Below are positions 13,964 to 27,563 of a DNA stretch of 64,000 nucleotides, piece by piece. The notes under the pieces are model-generated. The model was not told the DNA's origin, ran no database searches, and saw only the letters and a program-made list of their open reading frames with translations. This DNA is from Eledone cirrhosa (lineage: Eukaryota). Location of the stretch: NCBI GenBank assembly GCA_964016885.1, contig OZ024743.1:263748001-263812000 (forward strand). The letters are read 5' to 3'. The position numbers and the translations under genes were made by a program. Each line of letters begins with the position of its first letter. Position 1 is the first letter of the stretch.

Positions 13964-14790
13964 TTAATAATCTTCCAATAGCGAATTTAGTAGACCGGGA
14001 ATTGTGAACGCCGGAAATCGAACGGGATATCTGATGTGCTCTTTACCGGGAATCTTCTCAATCAGCTGCTCGTTAATAAAATTAACCATGGTATTTTTCG
14101 GAGCAAGGATGGCTCTTTCGCTGAGCCAATCGAGGTTTTTAAAGTTAGATGAGATATTAGGAAAAACTGCTTCCCAAAGGTCAGAAGGGCTGCTCACAAT
14201 GTTGCACAGGGTGTCGATTGCTATGCCGCCCTTGTCATCTGCAGGGATCTTGCCTTCACCAAGTTCTAAATTGTTCTGTGCTGCAGACATGTTGTCACCA
14301 TGCAAATGAGCACGCATATTTGTGCTCAGGTACAAACTATTCACCTGGAGCCACAATATGGACGACTTAAGACAGGCACGCACTTCATCAGCTCTTGTCC
14401 ATTTGGGGATGACAGGCATCGTTTTCTGAAAATCCCCTGATAGCAGAAGGGTTACGCCACCCATAGGAGCCGTAGAATCCCTAATGTCTTTCCGGGCCTT
14501 GTCCAATGCCTCAAGGGCACCCTTGTGTGCCATTGTGCACTCATCCCAAACAATGAGGCAACATCTTTTGAGAACCAGAGCTTTGTGTGAACTCTTGCTG
14601 ATATTGCATGTTGGTGTCTCAGTTTTTACTAAATCCAAAGGGAGTTTAAAGGTTGAATGTGCTCCTGCCTCCCGGCAGCAAAGTAGCAGCGATCCCGGAC
14701 GATGCAACGGACAACGCAACTTTTTTCTCCTGACGAATCTTAGCGAGAATCAAATTCGTTACAAAAGTTTTTCCGGTACCCCCAGGATCG
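13964..14790 (-). pseudogene. Helitron Pif1-family helicase fragment
   Basis: GGTGKTF near 14765-14785; AHSTFKLPL, IVWDECTM, GDFQKTMPV, LSTNMRA and ERAILAPKN. Confidence 0.9.
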
Positions 14791-14823
14791 TTTTTTATTG
14801 GGTGGATCAGGGTTTGTTTTTTT

Positions 14824-15552
14824 TTACCTTGAGGTATAACCAGTCAGTAGTTCCTTCAAAGGCTCTGGCGGTTCCGTAAGAGGGGGCAAGGTGACCTTAC
14901 CGTTTAAGCAGCACATTGCAGGTGGCTCCCCAGCCCACTTTGTAGCATTGCAGAATTGGCAATTGAAGCGCATCTCGCCTATATTTATGTCAGAGCGCAT
15001 CGAGTAATTAACGTTTTGCTCATACTTGAAAGCCCGTAGGTGCCAGTAAGGGCTGTTGGGGCTCGTCACACCGCGTGCTGCTTCTTGCCGTCGACTGTTA
15101 CGCTTGAACGTAGAACATTGGTCGTGTGGTTGGTGGGAAGGTCTGGCAGCAATAGCAGAAGCAACATTTGTAATGCTAATGGACCGCCCGTCTGCATCTT
15201 CAGAAGCCATGGAAGTAATCATAGACGCAGCGTTCGTAGGAAGGCGAGCCGTCCGTTGTTTTAGACGTTCCAAAGACCTGGAAGCAGCATTAGTCGCATC
15301 GTTTCTAGCCAGGCACTTCGACCTTTGTTCACGGCTCTCTGAATCCCTGGAAGAAGCCTGGTATAAAGCCATTTTGGCTAGGCGTGCGGTGCGCTGTTGG
15401 AAACTTTCAGCGGCTTGACATTCTGCTGAACGTAAGGCTGTCTGTGAAAGTCTTGAAGCATTTTCCTCAGAGGACTCGTTTGCTATAGTAGCCTTTTGCG
15501 CCACTGCTGCCTCGGTATGGCGACTGAGGCGACTTCTCTTTTTAGGTGGCAT
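14824..15552 (-). pseudogene. Helitron RepHel N-terminus (MPPKKR, E-R-rich repeats, zinc-finger-like motif)
   Basis: MPPKKRSRLSRH...IGEM...CQFCNATKWAGEPPAMCCLNGKV.LPPL..PPEPL. Joined directly to the helicase region, so the Rep nuclease is missing. Confidence 0.88.
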
Positions 15553-16016
15553 TTTATGTCCAAAAGAAAGGGTGAAAGTTACTTCTACAGAAAAATTGAC
15601 TTTGAAAGTCTACTGTCTGTTTATGAATATTGTTATTGTTGTTGTGATACAAATGTTAGTAAGTAAATGGGTATCTAAAAATAAAGGGTGAAAGTTACTT
15701 CAACATAAAAATTGGCTTTGAAAGTATAAGGCTGATAATTGAATGTAAAAAGATTGATAAGAAAGGCCCCTCCAAAAAATTTTACAGGTATTTGTATGTA
15801 TGTGTGTATTTTTATGTCGAAAATAAAGGGTTAAAGTTACTTCTACAGAAAAATTTAGTTTGAAAGTGGAAGGCCGATGTGTGTGTAAATTAAGTGACAT
15901 GTATTTGTATGTATGTGTGTATATGTATGTATGTGTGTATGAAAGTGTAAGGCCGATGTGTGTGTAAATTAAGTGACAGGTATTTGTATGTATGTGTGTA
16001 TATGTATGTATGTGTC

Positions 16017-16048
<32 letters not shown>

Positions 16049-16226
16049 TGTATGTATGTATGTATGTATGTATGTATTAAAGGTTGAAAGTTACTTCAAC
16101 ATAAAAATTGACTTTGAAAGTATAAGGCTGCTAATTGAATGTAAAAAGATTGATAAGAAAGGCCCCCCAAAAAACTTTACAGGTCTTTGTTTGTATGTGT
16201 TTATTTTTATGTCGAAAATAAAGGGT

Positions 16227-18387
16227 TGTAGCGGTTGTCTCCCTTGTTTTGATTGGGATCTAGACGGGAAGTGGAACCCTTTCTCAAACTTCCGGTCAGA
16301 GCCCTATAAAACTAACAACTTTAAGCTTCCTCTCTCTCTTTGCCTTTTCGGCACCAGGTCGAAGAGCCTCTCATTTGGCTCTGCCATTAATTTGGCCAAC
16401 AGGCGCCTGGCCTTAGCCAGGCGCCTTCTGCCAGCCGCGTTTGCCTGGCAATCAAAACGGTAACTACTAACTTTGTTTCATTCTAACATCTATCTTTGAC
16501 ATGTCAAGTATTCTATCTACCGTTAATTAAATATTATATACACAAACATTGTCTCGTTTTGTTACATTCATACAACCAGTAATCCTCGCTATATTGGTAA
16601 CCCTGACGTGATACGAACACGCAGCCGTTCATCGCTATAAGGGTCACCCCCCAAAAAAAGAAAAAAAATAGCACATCTGGTTTTGTGAGTAACATTACGA
16701 ATACACAGCAAATTTAGCGACAAACTATGAAAATACTCAGGGACACGCACACACGCACATGTGGAATTCGCACAGACATACTTTTTCTCTCACGCATCAA
16801 TTAACTGTCGCATTTCACCAATATATATATAGATGTTTCTCGTTTCTTACAACGAACACTTTCAAAACAAAAAAAAACATTTCACGATATATATATATGT
16901 TTCTCGTTTCTTACAACGAACACTTTCAAAACAAAAAAAAACATTTCACGATATATATATATGTTTCTCGTTTCTTACAACGAACTCTTTCAAAACACAC
17001 AAAAAAAAAAAAGAAATTTGATATTCTTTAAAAAACATTTCAACAGGAACATTTATTTTCGATGAACCATTGCCTTTTGTTCATCGTTCAAGTTTTTTGT
17101 TTTTTTCAAAAGTTCACACCAATGATTATGCTGATTGAAGCCTTTCTTTTTCATCATTGTCACTTTCAAAATTGCACTATCATTTTCTCGCGCGTTAGAA
17201 ATATTTTTTTTCAACCTTGTATTGGCACGTGTAGGCAGCATAAATTCTCGATTCACTGAGATGTCTCTTACTCACAGACAGCCGCACGCCAGAGATAGCA
17301 TTTCTCCCCCAAGGATTCTTCAGCCTTAAGCTATATTCTTCTATTTGCCGGTTTATAAGTTTACAATGTAAATTTACCGTTGATAACCGCGCATTTATTA
17401 AGAATGCTTATTTCTCTGGTCGCTGGCCTCTTGACCCTTCCAGGTCAACGCATTCTCAACATCGACCATCAACTTCGGCTGCTATTTCTAGCACTTTGCG
17501 CAACTCATTTTTTTCTAAAAAAAAATTTTTTTACTGTGAATTTAAACACCGAATACGCTCACTCAGCGAGACAACAGCAGCAGCAACAGCAATATAACAG
17601 CAACAGCAATACATCAATACAGCTTCACCAAAGCCAGAGAATTCATTTTTGCAGCACTCTTCCTGTGAGAAAATCCATTCGGAGGTTGGAAATTTCACGA
17701 TATACCACAGAACAGAAACCACCTGCATTCATTCTCTGGAACACATTCTTTCCTGCTGTCATGTGATTGCACACCTGTGAACTATATTTTGAACTTCGAG
17801 CTCCTCTATTACTTTTACTTTATTACATTGTATCTTTGGGTGATGGATAGATGGATGTCCAGTCGTTCTCTGGCCAAGAGCGGTTGGCTACCTTGATATC
17901 TATCATTGATTTTTCCAGACATTCTTTTGTCGTAATTTTCATGCCTGTTACAACATTCTCGCCAACTTGCTACATATTTTCATTTCGATTTTTATACACT
18001 AAAATTCTGGCGGGAGGTTATGTAGCGGTTGTCTCCCTTGTTTTGATTGGGATCTAGACGGGAAGTGGAACCCTTTCTCAAACTTCCGGTCAGAGCCCTA
18101 TAAAACTAACAACTTTAAGCTTCCTCTCTCTCTTTGCCTTTTCGGCACCAGGTCGAAGAGCCTCTCATTTGGCTCTGCCATTAATTTGGCCAACAGGCGC
18201 CTGGCCTTAGCCAGGCGCCTTCTGCCAGCCGCGTTTGCCTGGCAATCAAAACGGTAACTACTAACTTTGTTTCATTCTAACATCTATCTTTGACATGTCA
18301 AGTATTCTATCTACCGTTAATTAAATATTATATACACAAACATTGTCTCGTTTTGTTACATTCATACAACCAGTAATCCTCGCTAAA
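16227..18387 (+). mobile_element. Non-autonomous LTR retrotransposon nested in the Helitron
   Basis: About 365-bp LTRs (16227-16593 and 18021-18387), apparently identical, starting TGTAGCG and ending CGCTA. PBS tggtaaccctgacgtgat (16595-16612) resembles the tRNA-Trp complement. Purine tract ggcgggagg precedes the 3' LTR. No gag/pol ORF. Confidence 0.85.
16810..17015 (+). repeat. About 65-bp tandem repeat x3 inside the LTR element
   Basis: catttcacgatatatatatatgtttctcgtttcttacaacgaacactttcaaaacaaaaaaaaa is repeated. Confidence 0.85.
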
Positions 18388-19073
18388 AAACTTTACAGGT
18401 CTTTGTTTGTATGTGTTTATTTTTATGTCGAAAATAAAGGGTTAAAGTTACTTATACAGAAAAATATAGTTTGAAAGTGTAAGGCCGATTGAAAAACTTA
18501 CAGTTTAGTAAATGAAAGTGAGCTTCAAAATGGAGTTTGAAAGCGCTAATACAAACACACACACATATATCCGTCTTTTAGTGTGTCTGTTTGTTTCTCT
18601 CTCTCTCTTTATCATTATATCCCTCTTTATCATAATATGCTATTATTTCTAAAACAAACTGTGTATGCGTTGATTGATTGAAATTCCCGCGTTCCTGTTT
18701 CTATGACGTCAATCGTAACCATACCAACATATATGTGTGTGTAAGCACCCACATATATGTGTGTATATGTTTTTTTTCAATGTTTCTCTTTTTCACAAAC
18801 ACTTATAAGAGAAGGTAGCAATTTTAAGGGGAGGTGATGAAGGGAGTAGATATAGGAAACATATATCATATGAGAGAGGAGAAATCATCGATTGTTGAAA
18901 TAAATCGATTTTTCCGTAATTGGGGCATTTTTTACCCAATAAGTTCACCCATGACCCAAGTTAGAATATTTGTAAACATTCTGCTTAATTATTCATTCAA
19001 TATTTTTGGAATTGTGTAAATGTATAAAATTGAAACATACATACAGACACAAAAATCTGCCTTTTATAGATAA

Positions 19074-19144
<71 letters not shown>

Positions 19145-19145
19145 C

Positions 19146-19181
<36 letters not shown>

Positions 19182-19246
19182 GTGTGTGTGAAATCATATA
19201 TAAAATTTTTTGATATTGTAAAAATTTCTTTGTAAATAATATATAT

Positions 19247-19332
<86 letters not shown>

Positions 19333-21320
19333 CGAGGGGGGGGGGGATATGATTCTGTAAGGTAAAACACCGGTAAGGCGTTTGATGTATTTATTTAAAG
19401 CTCAAAAGTTATTTATTTTATATCCAGAATAACGAGAGATATTTCAAGGGTAAATCCTGTTGGTATACGTCTGGGCATCTTAGATTTGAATCACAGAGCA
19501 ATGTATTAATTGTGGAACATGGTGACATATTTCTTTGTATATATATATATAACAAAGAAGGTGTGGTAAGATACCAGGTGGATATAACGCATCAGAGTAC
19601 TCGATACTTAGGGTAGTAGAGTGGGTAATAGGAAAAGAGTCAGGGTGCTGACTCCTTTCCTATATATATATATATATATATATCGGAAAGGAGTCAGGAC
19701 CCTGACTCTTTATATATATGTATGTATGTGTGTGTGTTTGTATGTGTACATATGGATGTATGTATAGAAAAGGTAAACAGAAATAACAAAGCAAACGACA
19801 CAGTACATTAAATATACTAGTTTAACGCTTGAAGTAACGGAAAGGAGTTTTTATATATTATTGAGGGGACATAAGCTAGACATGTCCTAATATACATAGA
19901 GATTTTTGTTCAGTTACTAAGTCCAAGACGCAAGCCGCTGGACACCATCCGGTTTCCTCAACGACACCGTCTCTATGCTATGCTATCTATCTAGACCATT
20001 ACTCACCAGAGGACTCGATACTTCGGGTAATAGAGTGGGTGATATGAAAAATTCGGGATCCGACGGATCTAGCTGTTTAAATGGCAGTCCCGAATTTTTC
20101 ATATGTATCTATGTATGTATCTATTTTTATTTAATAAATTAGGAAATAAGGGCGCTTGTAATTTAAACAGATTTAGATGATATTTCTGCTGTAAAAATGA
20201 GGAACAGAAAAAAACTTTCAACTATCTGCCATAAAATCAACTTTTAACTATCTGCCATTAAATCATTACTCATTCTAATTCCTTCTTTAAATATCTCACT
20301 CTTTCTCTCCTTCCTATCTCAGTTAATATATTATCTCTCACTGCTCCTCTCTATTGTCATTTCAGACTAGTGACACATCTATCTTATGAGACAATATATT
20401 ATGCTTGACGTAGTTAAGAAATGTACAGGTGAATACGGCTTTGAGATGGACAGTAAGAACAAATAATATTTGAATGTTTTCGGGTGGAGTTGGTGATCTT
20501 TTTGCGTTTTGAACATTGTACTGCATTGTAATCTTCTGGCATTTAAACTATACAGCATTTACATTTGTGTTACTTAAGTTACAATTATTAATCGTGGCTG
20601 CCAGGTATTAACACCAGAATACAATAGCTCTATCATTCATCTTTAGTTTTGTTTAATAGTCATCTGTGATCAAAATTCTTCTCTTCCTGCATTGCGAAAA
20701 TTCATTCTAGAACATAAATCATAATTTCTCTCAAAACTATTCAGCTACTTCTTAAGCCTCTGTCTGCAAATTTCGTAAATTTATAGTATATATTTTCCTT
20801 TGTTCAAATATAGTTTCTTACAAGTAAGTATGTATGTATGTATGTATGTATGTATGTATGTATGTATGTATGTATGTATGTATGTATGTATGTATGTATG
20901 TATGTATGTATGTATGTGTGTGTGTGTGTGTATGTGTGTGCGTGTGTGTGCGTGTGTGTTAGTGGTAGCACTAACATAATGTTTATAATAAGGACGTAAA
21001 TGAAAACGTATACGACATATTTATGTACAATAAACACAAAGGAGCCTCGCCATAAAAGGAAAAAAAAACTTTTCGCTTAGAAAACAATTTCCTCTGTTTT
21101 TGTGCTGTGAACAAATCACAGCTTTCTGACCTATGTATGGAACGAAATATGCCGGATACGCAATACATGCAGTAAGGGTAGTGGCAATTACGTCAGCAAC
21201 GAAGAATTCCAAAGAAATCTCACCGAAAGCGGTGAAACGACGTGTTTCACCAACTATCGTGGTGCTATAACACCATATAAGAGAACAATGAGAATACACA
21301 CACCTAGAGAGAATATATGG

Positions 21321-21543
21321 TAGGCATGTCAAACAGAGATTCCCCCGACGGCCACATGGGTCACATATGTGTTGTCTAATAGCGACACACGACAATTAAT
21401 TGCGCATATTAAAACATTTTTTAAATTTTATATTACGAATTTTATATTTTTAGATGCTCGCGCTCTAAAAACCTTTTTGGGAGCCGCAGGTGTGCTTGTA
21501 AAGGGCTGCATGCGGCCCGCGGTCTGCATGTTTGACATGTCTA
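21321..21543. mobile_element. hAT-type MITE
   Basis: TIRs taggcatgtcaaaca / tgtttgacatgtcta. Flanked by direct tatatgg(t). Subterminal gcggcccgcgg. Confidence 0.75.
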
Positions 21544-22207
21544 TATATGGTATCTAAAACTACCACATTTCAACGAGAGGACGATGCTGCCATTCAACTA
21601 GCTATCAGTAGGAATGGTCTGAACATAAACCTGACACACTCAGCACCCGCACCGAAGCCAGACCTGCACACTTAATAATTGTATCATAAACAATGCAGAA
21701 GTCTGCGTGAGAACGTATGTGGCTTAAAGCGTCACATGCAGACGATGGGGTTCCTCAAACATTGGATTTAATTTCAGGGTGTTACACATAGGGATCAAGG
21801 AGCACAAAACCTCTAGAGATTCCTCTGTCAAAAAGTAACTTCATAGATGCTGAAACTGAAATATTGAAGCCACCATAGAGGCAATGGAGGGGAATGCCTA
21901 GAATTTAAGAAGTTAGAAATAATCGATATATAACTAAAACTCTGTGATTGTGTGTTTGTCTGTAATTTAATACAGCCAAAAGGGCGCATAATCGGAAAAT
22001 ACTTTGAAAGGAAGTTGCCCCTAAAATGGGAATAAAAATGGAATAAATCAAGTTTCGCGTAAATCGGAGCATGAGTTCCCGAGATACAGGGCTTCCCGGA
22101 TACCTTCATAGATAGATAGAGAGGGAGAAATATAGAGAGAAAGAGATAGTGGTTGTGAGGGAGTAGATTGCAGGAGAGCCTCAGAGAAAGTGAAAGGGAC
22201 AGAGAAG

Positions 22208-22253
<46 letters not shown>

Positions 22254-22437
22254 TGGTGGTGTTGTTGAATGAAATTATAACAGGTGACTTCAAAGAATTG
22301 AATACAGCATTATTGTATCTAGATCGAATTTGGTGACTGAATATTAAGTCATATGTCACATATAACTTGTGTTTGGACAGGATGTGGGTAGCGAATATTT
22401 CCTGCTAAATAGGTAGGGCTTCTACGTGTGTGTGTAT

Positions 22438-23393
22438 ATCACCTTGATCACCTTGACCGACCAGTCTGTCGGGCGTCCATTCAGCGCAGCTGGTCACAGC
22501 ACGCCGTCCATTCCTCTCTGGATCGTGCTTTCCTCATCCATGTAGTCCCAATCATATTCCTAAAATCATAACTCCACCTTGGTGGAGGCTTTCCGAGTGG
22601 TCGTTTCCGCTCGCGCGTGTACCACTCGGCAACTGCGCGGGTCCACCGATTATCGGTGAACCGGGCGACGTGTCCAGCCCATCTGAACTTGCTGCGCATA
22701 TATTCCGTGATGACGTCCCTCACGCCGGACTTCTGTCTGATGACTTCGCTCCTGATGTGATCTCTCAAACGAGATTCCTAGCATTGATCTCTCCATGACT
22801 CTTTGAGCCGTTACCAGCCTCTGCTGTTCTCTCTTCGGTGTAGCCCATGTTTCACTGCCATATAACATTGCAAGTAAAACTGTACTATTGAAGAGGTTGG
22901 CGCGGGTGGTCTTGTCCAACCTCCCCTTGAGCACACCCCTTATGCCGTTGAACGCCTTCCATCCGGCCATTATTCTCCGCGAGATCTCCCTCTCAATGTC
23001 TGGGCGCATGTTCACTACTTGTCCTAGGTAGACGTATTCCTCCACCTCCTCTATTTCATCACTGCCAACCACCATTCAACCTGTTGTACGTTGTCGGACC
23101 GCATGAACTTCGTTTTCATGCGGTTCATCATGAGGCCTACTTCAGAGTTTTGATGTCGAGCTCCGTTAGCCTGGTCTGAAGCTGATCCGTGGTTTCAGCG
23201 ATGAGTACGATGTCATCAGCAAAACGGAGGTGGGTAAGTATCTCGCCGTTGATGTTGACACCGCCTTACCAGTCAATGCCTCTGATGATCCCTTCTCGAC
23301 TGGCACTCGTACGGGTGATGACAGCAGAGCTATGTCGGTGGTGCGTCCGGAATTCGCCTCCTTGAGCAGTTGAACGTATTGCTCCCCGACTCC
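22438..23393 (-). mobile_element. RTE-clade LINE 3' fragment, disrupted
   Basis: HLRFADDIVL, YVYLGQ, LYGSETWA, KFRWAGHVAR and RPLGKPPPRW. Short tandem tail (atcaccttg)x2. Confidence 0.9.
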
Positions 23394-23678
23394 TTGTGTG
23401 TATATATGTATGTATATTGTGATATTAATTTTCAAGTGACTGAGCATTCCACAGACATGCGTACCATTTTCGTAGTTCTCAACGAGATTTGGTGTGACAT
23501 AGTGTGTAACAAGGTTGATCCTTCAAATTACAGGTACAACTCATTTTTGCCAGCTGAGTGCACTAGAGCAACATGAAAGAAAGATACAACGTCTCGCTGG
23601 GAATTGAACTTAGCTTGGCATAGAACAAAATGCCTGTTGAAAAAGTGACTTCTTTGTTCGATCATCATACAGAAAGCT

Positions 23679-23872
23679 TAGGCGGAGGATTGGCAATATC
23701 GGTAGAGGGTCGGACGCCATGCTTTGACGCATAGAGTTACGGCCCTTGCCATTCTGAGTTCAAATCCCGCCGAGTTAACTTTGTCTTTCATCCTTATGGA
23801 GTCGATAAAATAAAGTACAAGTAATACACTGGGTAATTGCTGGCCTTGTGCCAAAAGTAGAAACAATTATTT
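23679..23872 (+). mobile_element. tRNA-derived SINE (octopus-type)
   Basis: A box tggcaatatcgg and B box gagttcaaatcc; body ctttcatcct...gtcgataaaataaagtac; tail ggccttgtgccaaaagtagaaacaattat. Confidence 0.85.
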
Positions 23873-24206
23873 GTTTAAGCAGACAGTACTTGATTTAGGA
23901 GTTGCAGAAACCCCATATTGGATTTTACCACCGTTTCCGAGTGGGGTCCGGGTAAATTTTTCAATCATATTTTATTATTTGTTTGACCCGAATAGCTTGC
24001 TCGCTTCAATCGCTTTGCGGTTAATGGTTTAACCATCCTCTCAGTGTGTTTGGCCTTTTTAGCGTAAGTTTATTGCTCTAGTTCACTCGTATCTATTGAG
24101 CGCTTGCCACACAATTCGGAAGTTGTTTTTCGCTAATTTCCAATAGCCTAAATGCGATTCTCGCTAATTTATATTTGTATATATATATTGTTAGATATAT
24201 ATATAT

Positions 24207-24237
<31 letters not shown>

Positions 24238-24299
24238 AACACATACACTCTTATAACCTGCCACTTACTGTGTAACCCAATATTAAAACATTTTCCCCT

Positions 24300-25832
24300 C
24301 CTACAATTATTTTGTCATTCTCTCTCAAAATAATACCCCTCTCTCTCTAAAACATAATAACTTTTTCACCTTCTCTACCAACCGCTACATGCCCCACTCT
24401 CTCTTACTAGACAAACATTATCCCTCTCACACGAAACCACTAAACTCTCCCACTATCTCTATATCCGACTATATACCTTACTCCCTCTCACCCCTTAATT
24501 TCCACTCTCTCATTAAAACACAAAACATTCAACCCCTCTCTATATACCACTACATACCTCAGTCTCTACCATTCTCACAATTCCCCCTCTCTCACTAAAC
24601 CACCCTCTATATCCCACTACATACCTCAATCTCTCACAATTCACCCTCTCACACTAAATGACCAAATTCTCTTCCCTCTCTATATATCAGTACATACATC
24701 ACTCTCTATCACTCTCGTAATTCGCACTCTCTCATTAGCCCACCAAACTCTCTCCCTCTCACTATATCCCGCTACATGCTTCTCTCTCTATCGCTTTTAA
24801 AATTATCCCTATCTCACTATAACTCCAAACTCTCTGCCTCTCTCTATATCTCACTACAAACTCACTCTCTCTCACAATTCCCCCTCTCTTACTAGACCAC
24901 CAAATTCTCTCCCCCTCCCTAAATTTCACTGCATAATTCACTCTCAACTACGCATTTAATCCACCCCCTCTCTCTAAACCAACAAATTATCTCCCGCTCT
25001 CTATATATCCCACTAAATACCTCACCCTTTCACAATTCCCCCTCTCTCACTGGGCCACAAAAATCTCTTTCCCTTTCTATAACCCACTACATACCTCACT
25101 CTCTCTCTCTCATAACTGCCCCTCTCTCACTAGACCACCAAATTCTCCCTCCCTCACTCTATACCACTACATACCTCACTCTCTCACAATTTTCCCTCAC
25201 TAATAGATCACCAATCAATCCCCCCTCTCTATATCCCACTACATAACCCACTCTCTCTCTCACTCCCTTAATTTCCCTTCTCTCATTAAACCAACATACT
25301 CTTTTCCGCTCTCTCTATCCTACTACATATCTCACTCTCTCTCTCACAATTCCCCTTTCTCACTAGACCACCAAATCGCTCCCCTCTCTTTATATTCCAA
25401 TACATAACTCACTCTATTTCACTCTCTTAATTCCCCCCTCTCCCTAAACTACCAAATACTCTTCCGCTCTCTATATCCCAGTACATACCCCACTCTCGCT
25501 CTCAATCCTTCCCTCTCTAACTAGACCATGAAATTCTCTCAACCTCTCTAAATTCCACTACACACCTGACTCTCTCTCACTTTCACAATACCTCCTCTCT
25601 CACTATTCATATAAACTGTCTCCCCCTATCTATAACCCACTACATACCTCACACTCACTCCCAATTCTCCCTCTCAATAGATTACCAAATTCTTCCCCCC
25701 TCTCTATATTCCACTACATACCTCATTCTCTTTCACTCTCTTAATTCCCCCTCTCTCACTAAACCAACACATTTTCTACCGCTCTCTATATTCCACTATA
25801 TACCCCACTCTCTCTTACAATTCCCCCTCTTT
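24300..25832. repeat. Degenerate 75-80 bp pyrimidine-rich minisatellite (about 18-20 units)
   Basis: Recurring tatatcccactacatacctcactctctctcacaattccccctctctcactagaccaccaaattctctccc. Confidence 0.85.
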
Positions 25833-25873
25833 TATTACGTATCTCGCAATGCTTCATGTTAATTATATATTTA

Positions 25874-25955
25874 CAGGGTGTCTCCATAAAATGTATACGC
25901 ACTTCAACAGCATTCTATAAAATATTTCCTGTACATGTAATTTTTTGAGGACACC

Positions 25956-25958
<3 letters not shown>
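25874..25958. mobile_element. Tiny Tc1/mariner-type MITE
   Basis: TA-cagggtgtc...gacaccctg-TA. Confidence 0.75.
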
Positions 25959-25998
<40 letters not shown>

Positions 25999-26844
25999 TT
26001 ACAGTTCACACTTATGTACGTTTAGCTGGCCACAACGAAGTTGCATCTCATAACATGGTTCTCGGATGGCCTACTGATAGTTCTATAATGATAAGCACCG
26101 TAAAATGACAGGCTTTGCTCAAGTCCACAACGAAATAGAACTCACGATCTTATGATCGTAAGTTTCACACCCTAACGACTAAGCCAGCACATATCATATA
26201 GCCTTAACCACACTCCCATCCATCAACTATAGAAAATATATTCTAAAAAATCCTTCGAGTATTATTTTATTTCTTATTGAGTTATGAAATCAGCTGCTAA
26301 ATTTAATAAGCGAATTTTTCGCGAAGTTCTGTTTGCATGCTCTTTACCAATTTTAGTTCAGACGATGTTTATTTTCTAATAATTGCTTGACCATTGTATG
26401 TCACCCAGGACAAAGACAAAGAGTTCTCTCACGGAAACATGTTAAATAAATCAACAGAAGAAAGAACTGAAGAAGCAAAGAGTAAGTAAATAGCCCAACG
26501 AAATCTAATTTAACAGCGGTAAATTTTGTTTCGTCTTCTTTCCTGTACAAGCTGCATAAGATGTCAGGTCTTAACTATTGACAGCTTGATGTGGTAACAA
26601 CCTGATTAAATACATTATTGTCTACTGGTGAATAGACTGGCTTGCATTTTCAGTCCGAATTTGAATTTTAGTCGCCACTCAATCAATGAAATTTTCACAG
26701 TGGAGCTGCTGAATGGAAAGATGTGTTTGTCGCAGTTATTAACGCTAAGTACAGTACTACACACTACTGCTGCTTCTGCCAACAAGTCCCTGCTGCTGAA
26801 GAGATTAGTACCACCACTACTACTATTGCCACTGTTCCTGCTGT

Positions 26845-26849
26845 TGCTG

Positions 26850-26910
<61 letters not shown>

Positions 26911-26912
26911 AA
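26845..26912 (+). repeat. (CTA)n microsatellite
   Basis: Seen directly. Confidence 0.95.
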
Positions 26913-27049
26913 GTATTTGATGCCATAAAGTCTTCCAAGTCACTTACACACACATATATATATATACGAATATTTGTGTATATATATATAAATATATATA
27001 TATGTCTATGTATATATCTATATACTAAATATATATATATATATATATA

Positions 27050-27486
27050 TACGATATTAATAAATGGAAACTATATTTATAAAACCATATTTATTTCATT
27101 ATACATATTTCAGAGATACCATATTAAATTATGGTATGCCTTCATCAGACAAAATACAATATATAACAGTTTTACCCTTTTAAAATACAACCATTACTTT
27201 TGGAGGCTGTCTGGATAGCCAGAAAGCCTCCACAAGTAATGGTTGTATTTTAAAAGGGTATGTCAAAGCTATTTGTAAAACTGTTATATATTGTATTTTG
27301 TCTGATGAAGGCATACCATAATTTAATATGGTATCCCTGAAATAGGTATAATGAAATAAATATGGTTTTATAAATATAGTTTCCATTTATTAAGATCGTA
27401 TATCTACTCCAAAAACTTGTCGAGTGCTTTATATCAGTTATAAAAATATTTACTTGTTGTATCCCAACAACTTTAAATAGAACTTT

Positions 27487-27563
<77 letters not shown>

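Larger units (their letters stand above)
13796..19076 (-). mobile_element. Internally deleted Helitron
   Basis: The 3' end is a cccgagcaacgccgag hairpin then CTAG (13796-13799). The 5' end is TC..TATAAAAG at about 19070-19076. Contains RepHel fragments and internal tandem subrepeats. Confidence 0.85.

Noticed and set aside
23679-23775. tRNA gene
   Set aside because: A and B boxes are present but there is no cloverleaf. It is the head of a multi-copy SINE.
26615-27218. Poly-L, poly-S and poly-T ORFs
   Set aside because: They come from the (CTA)n microsatellite.
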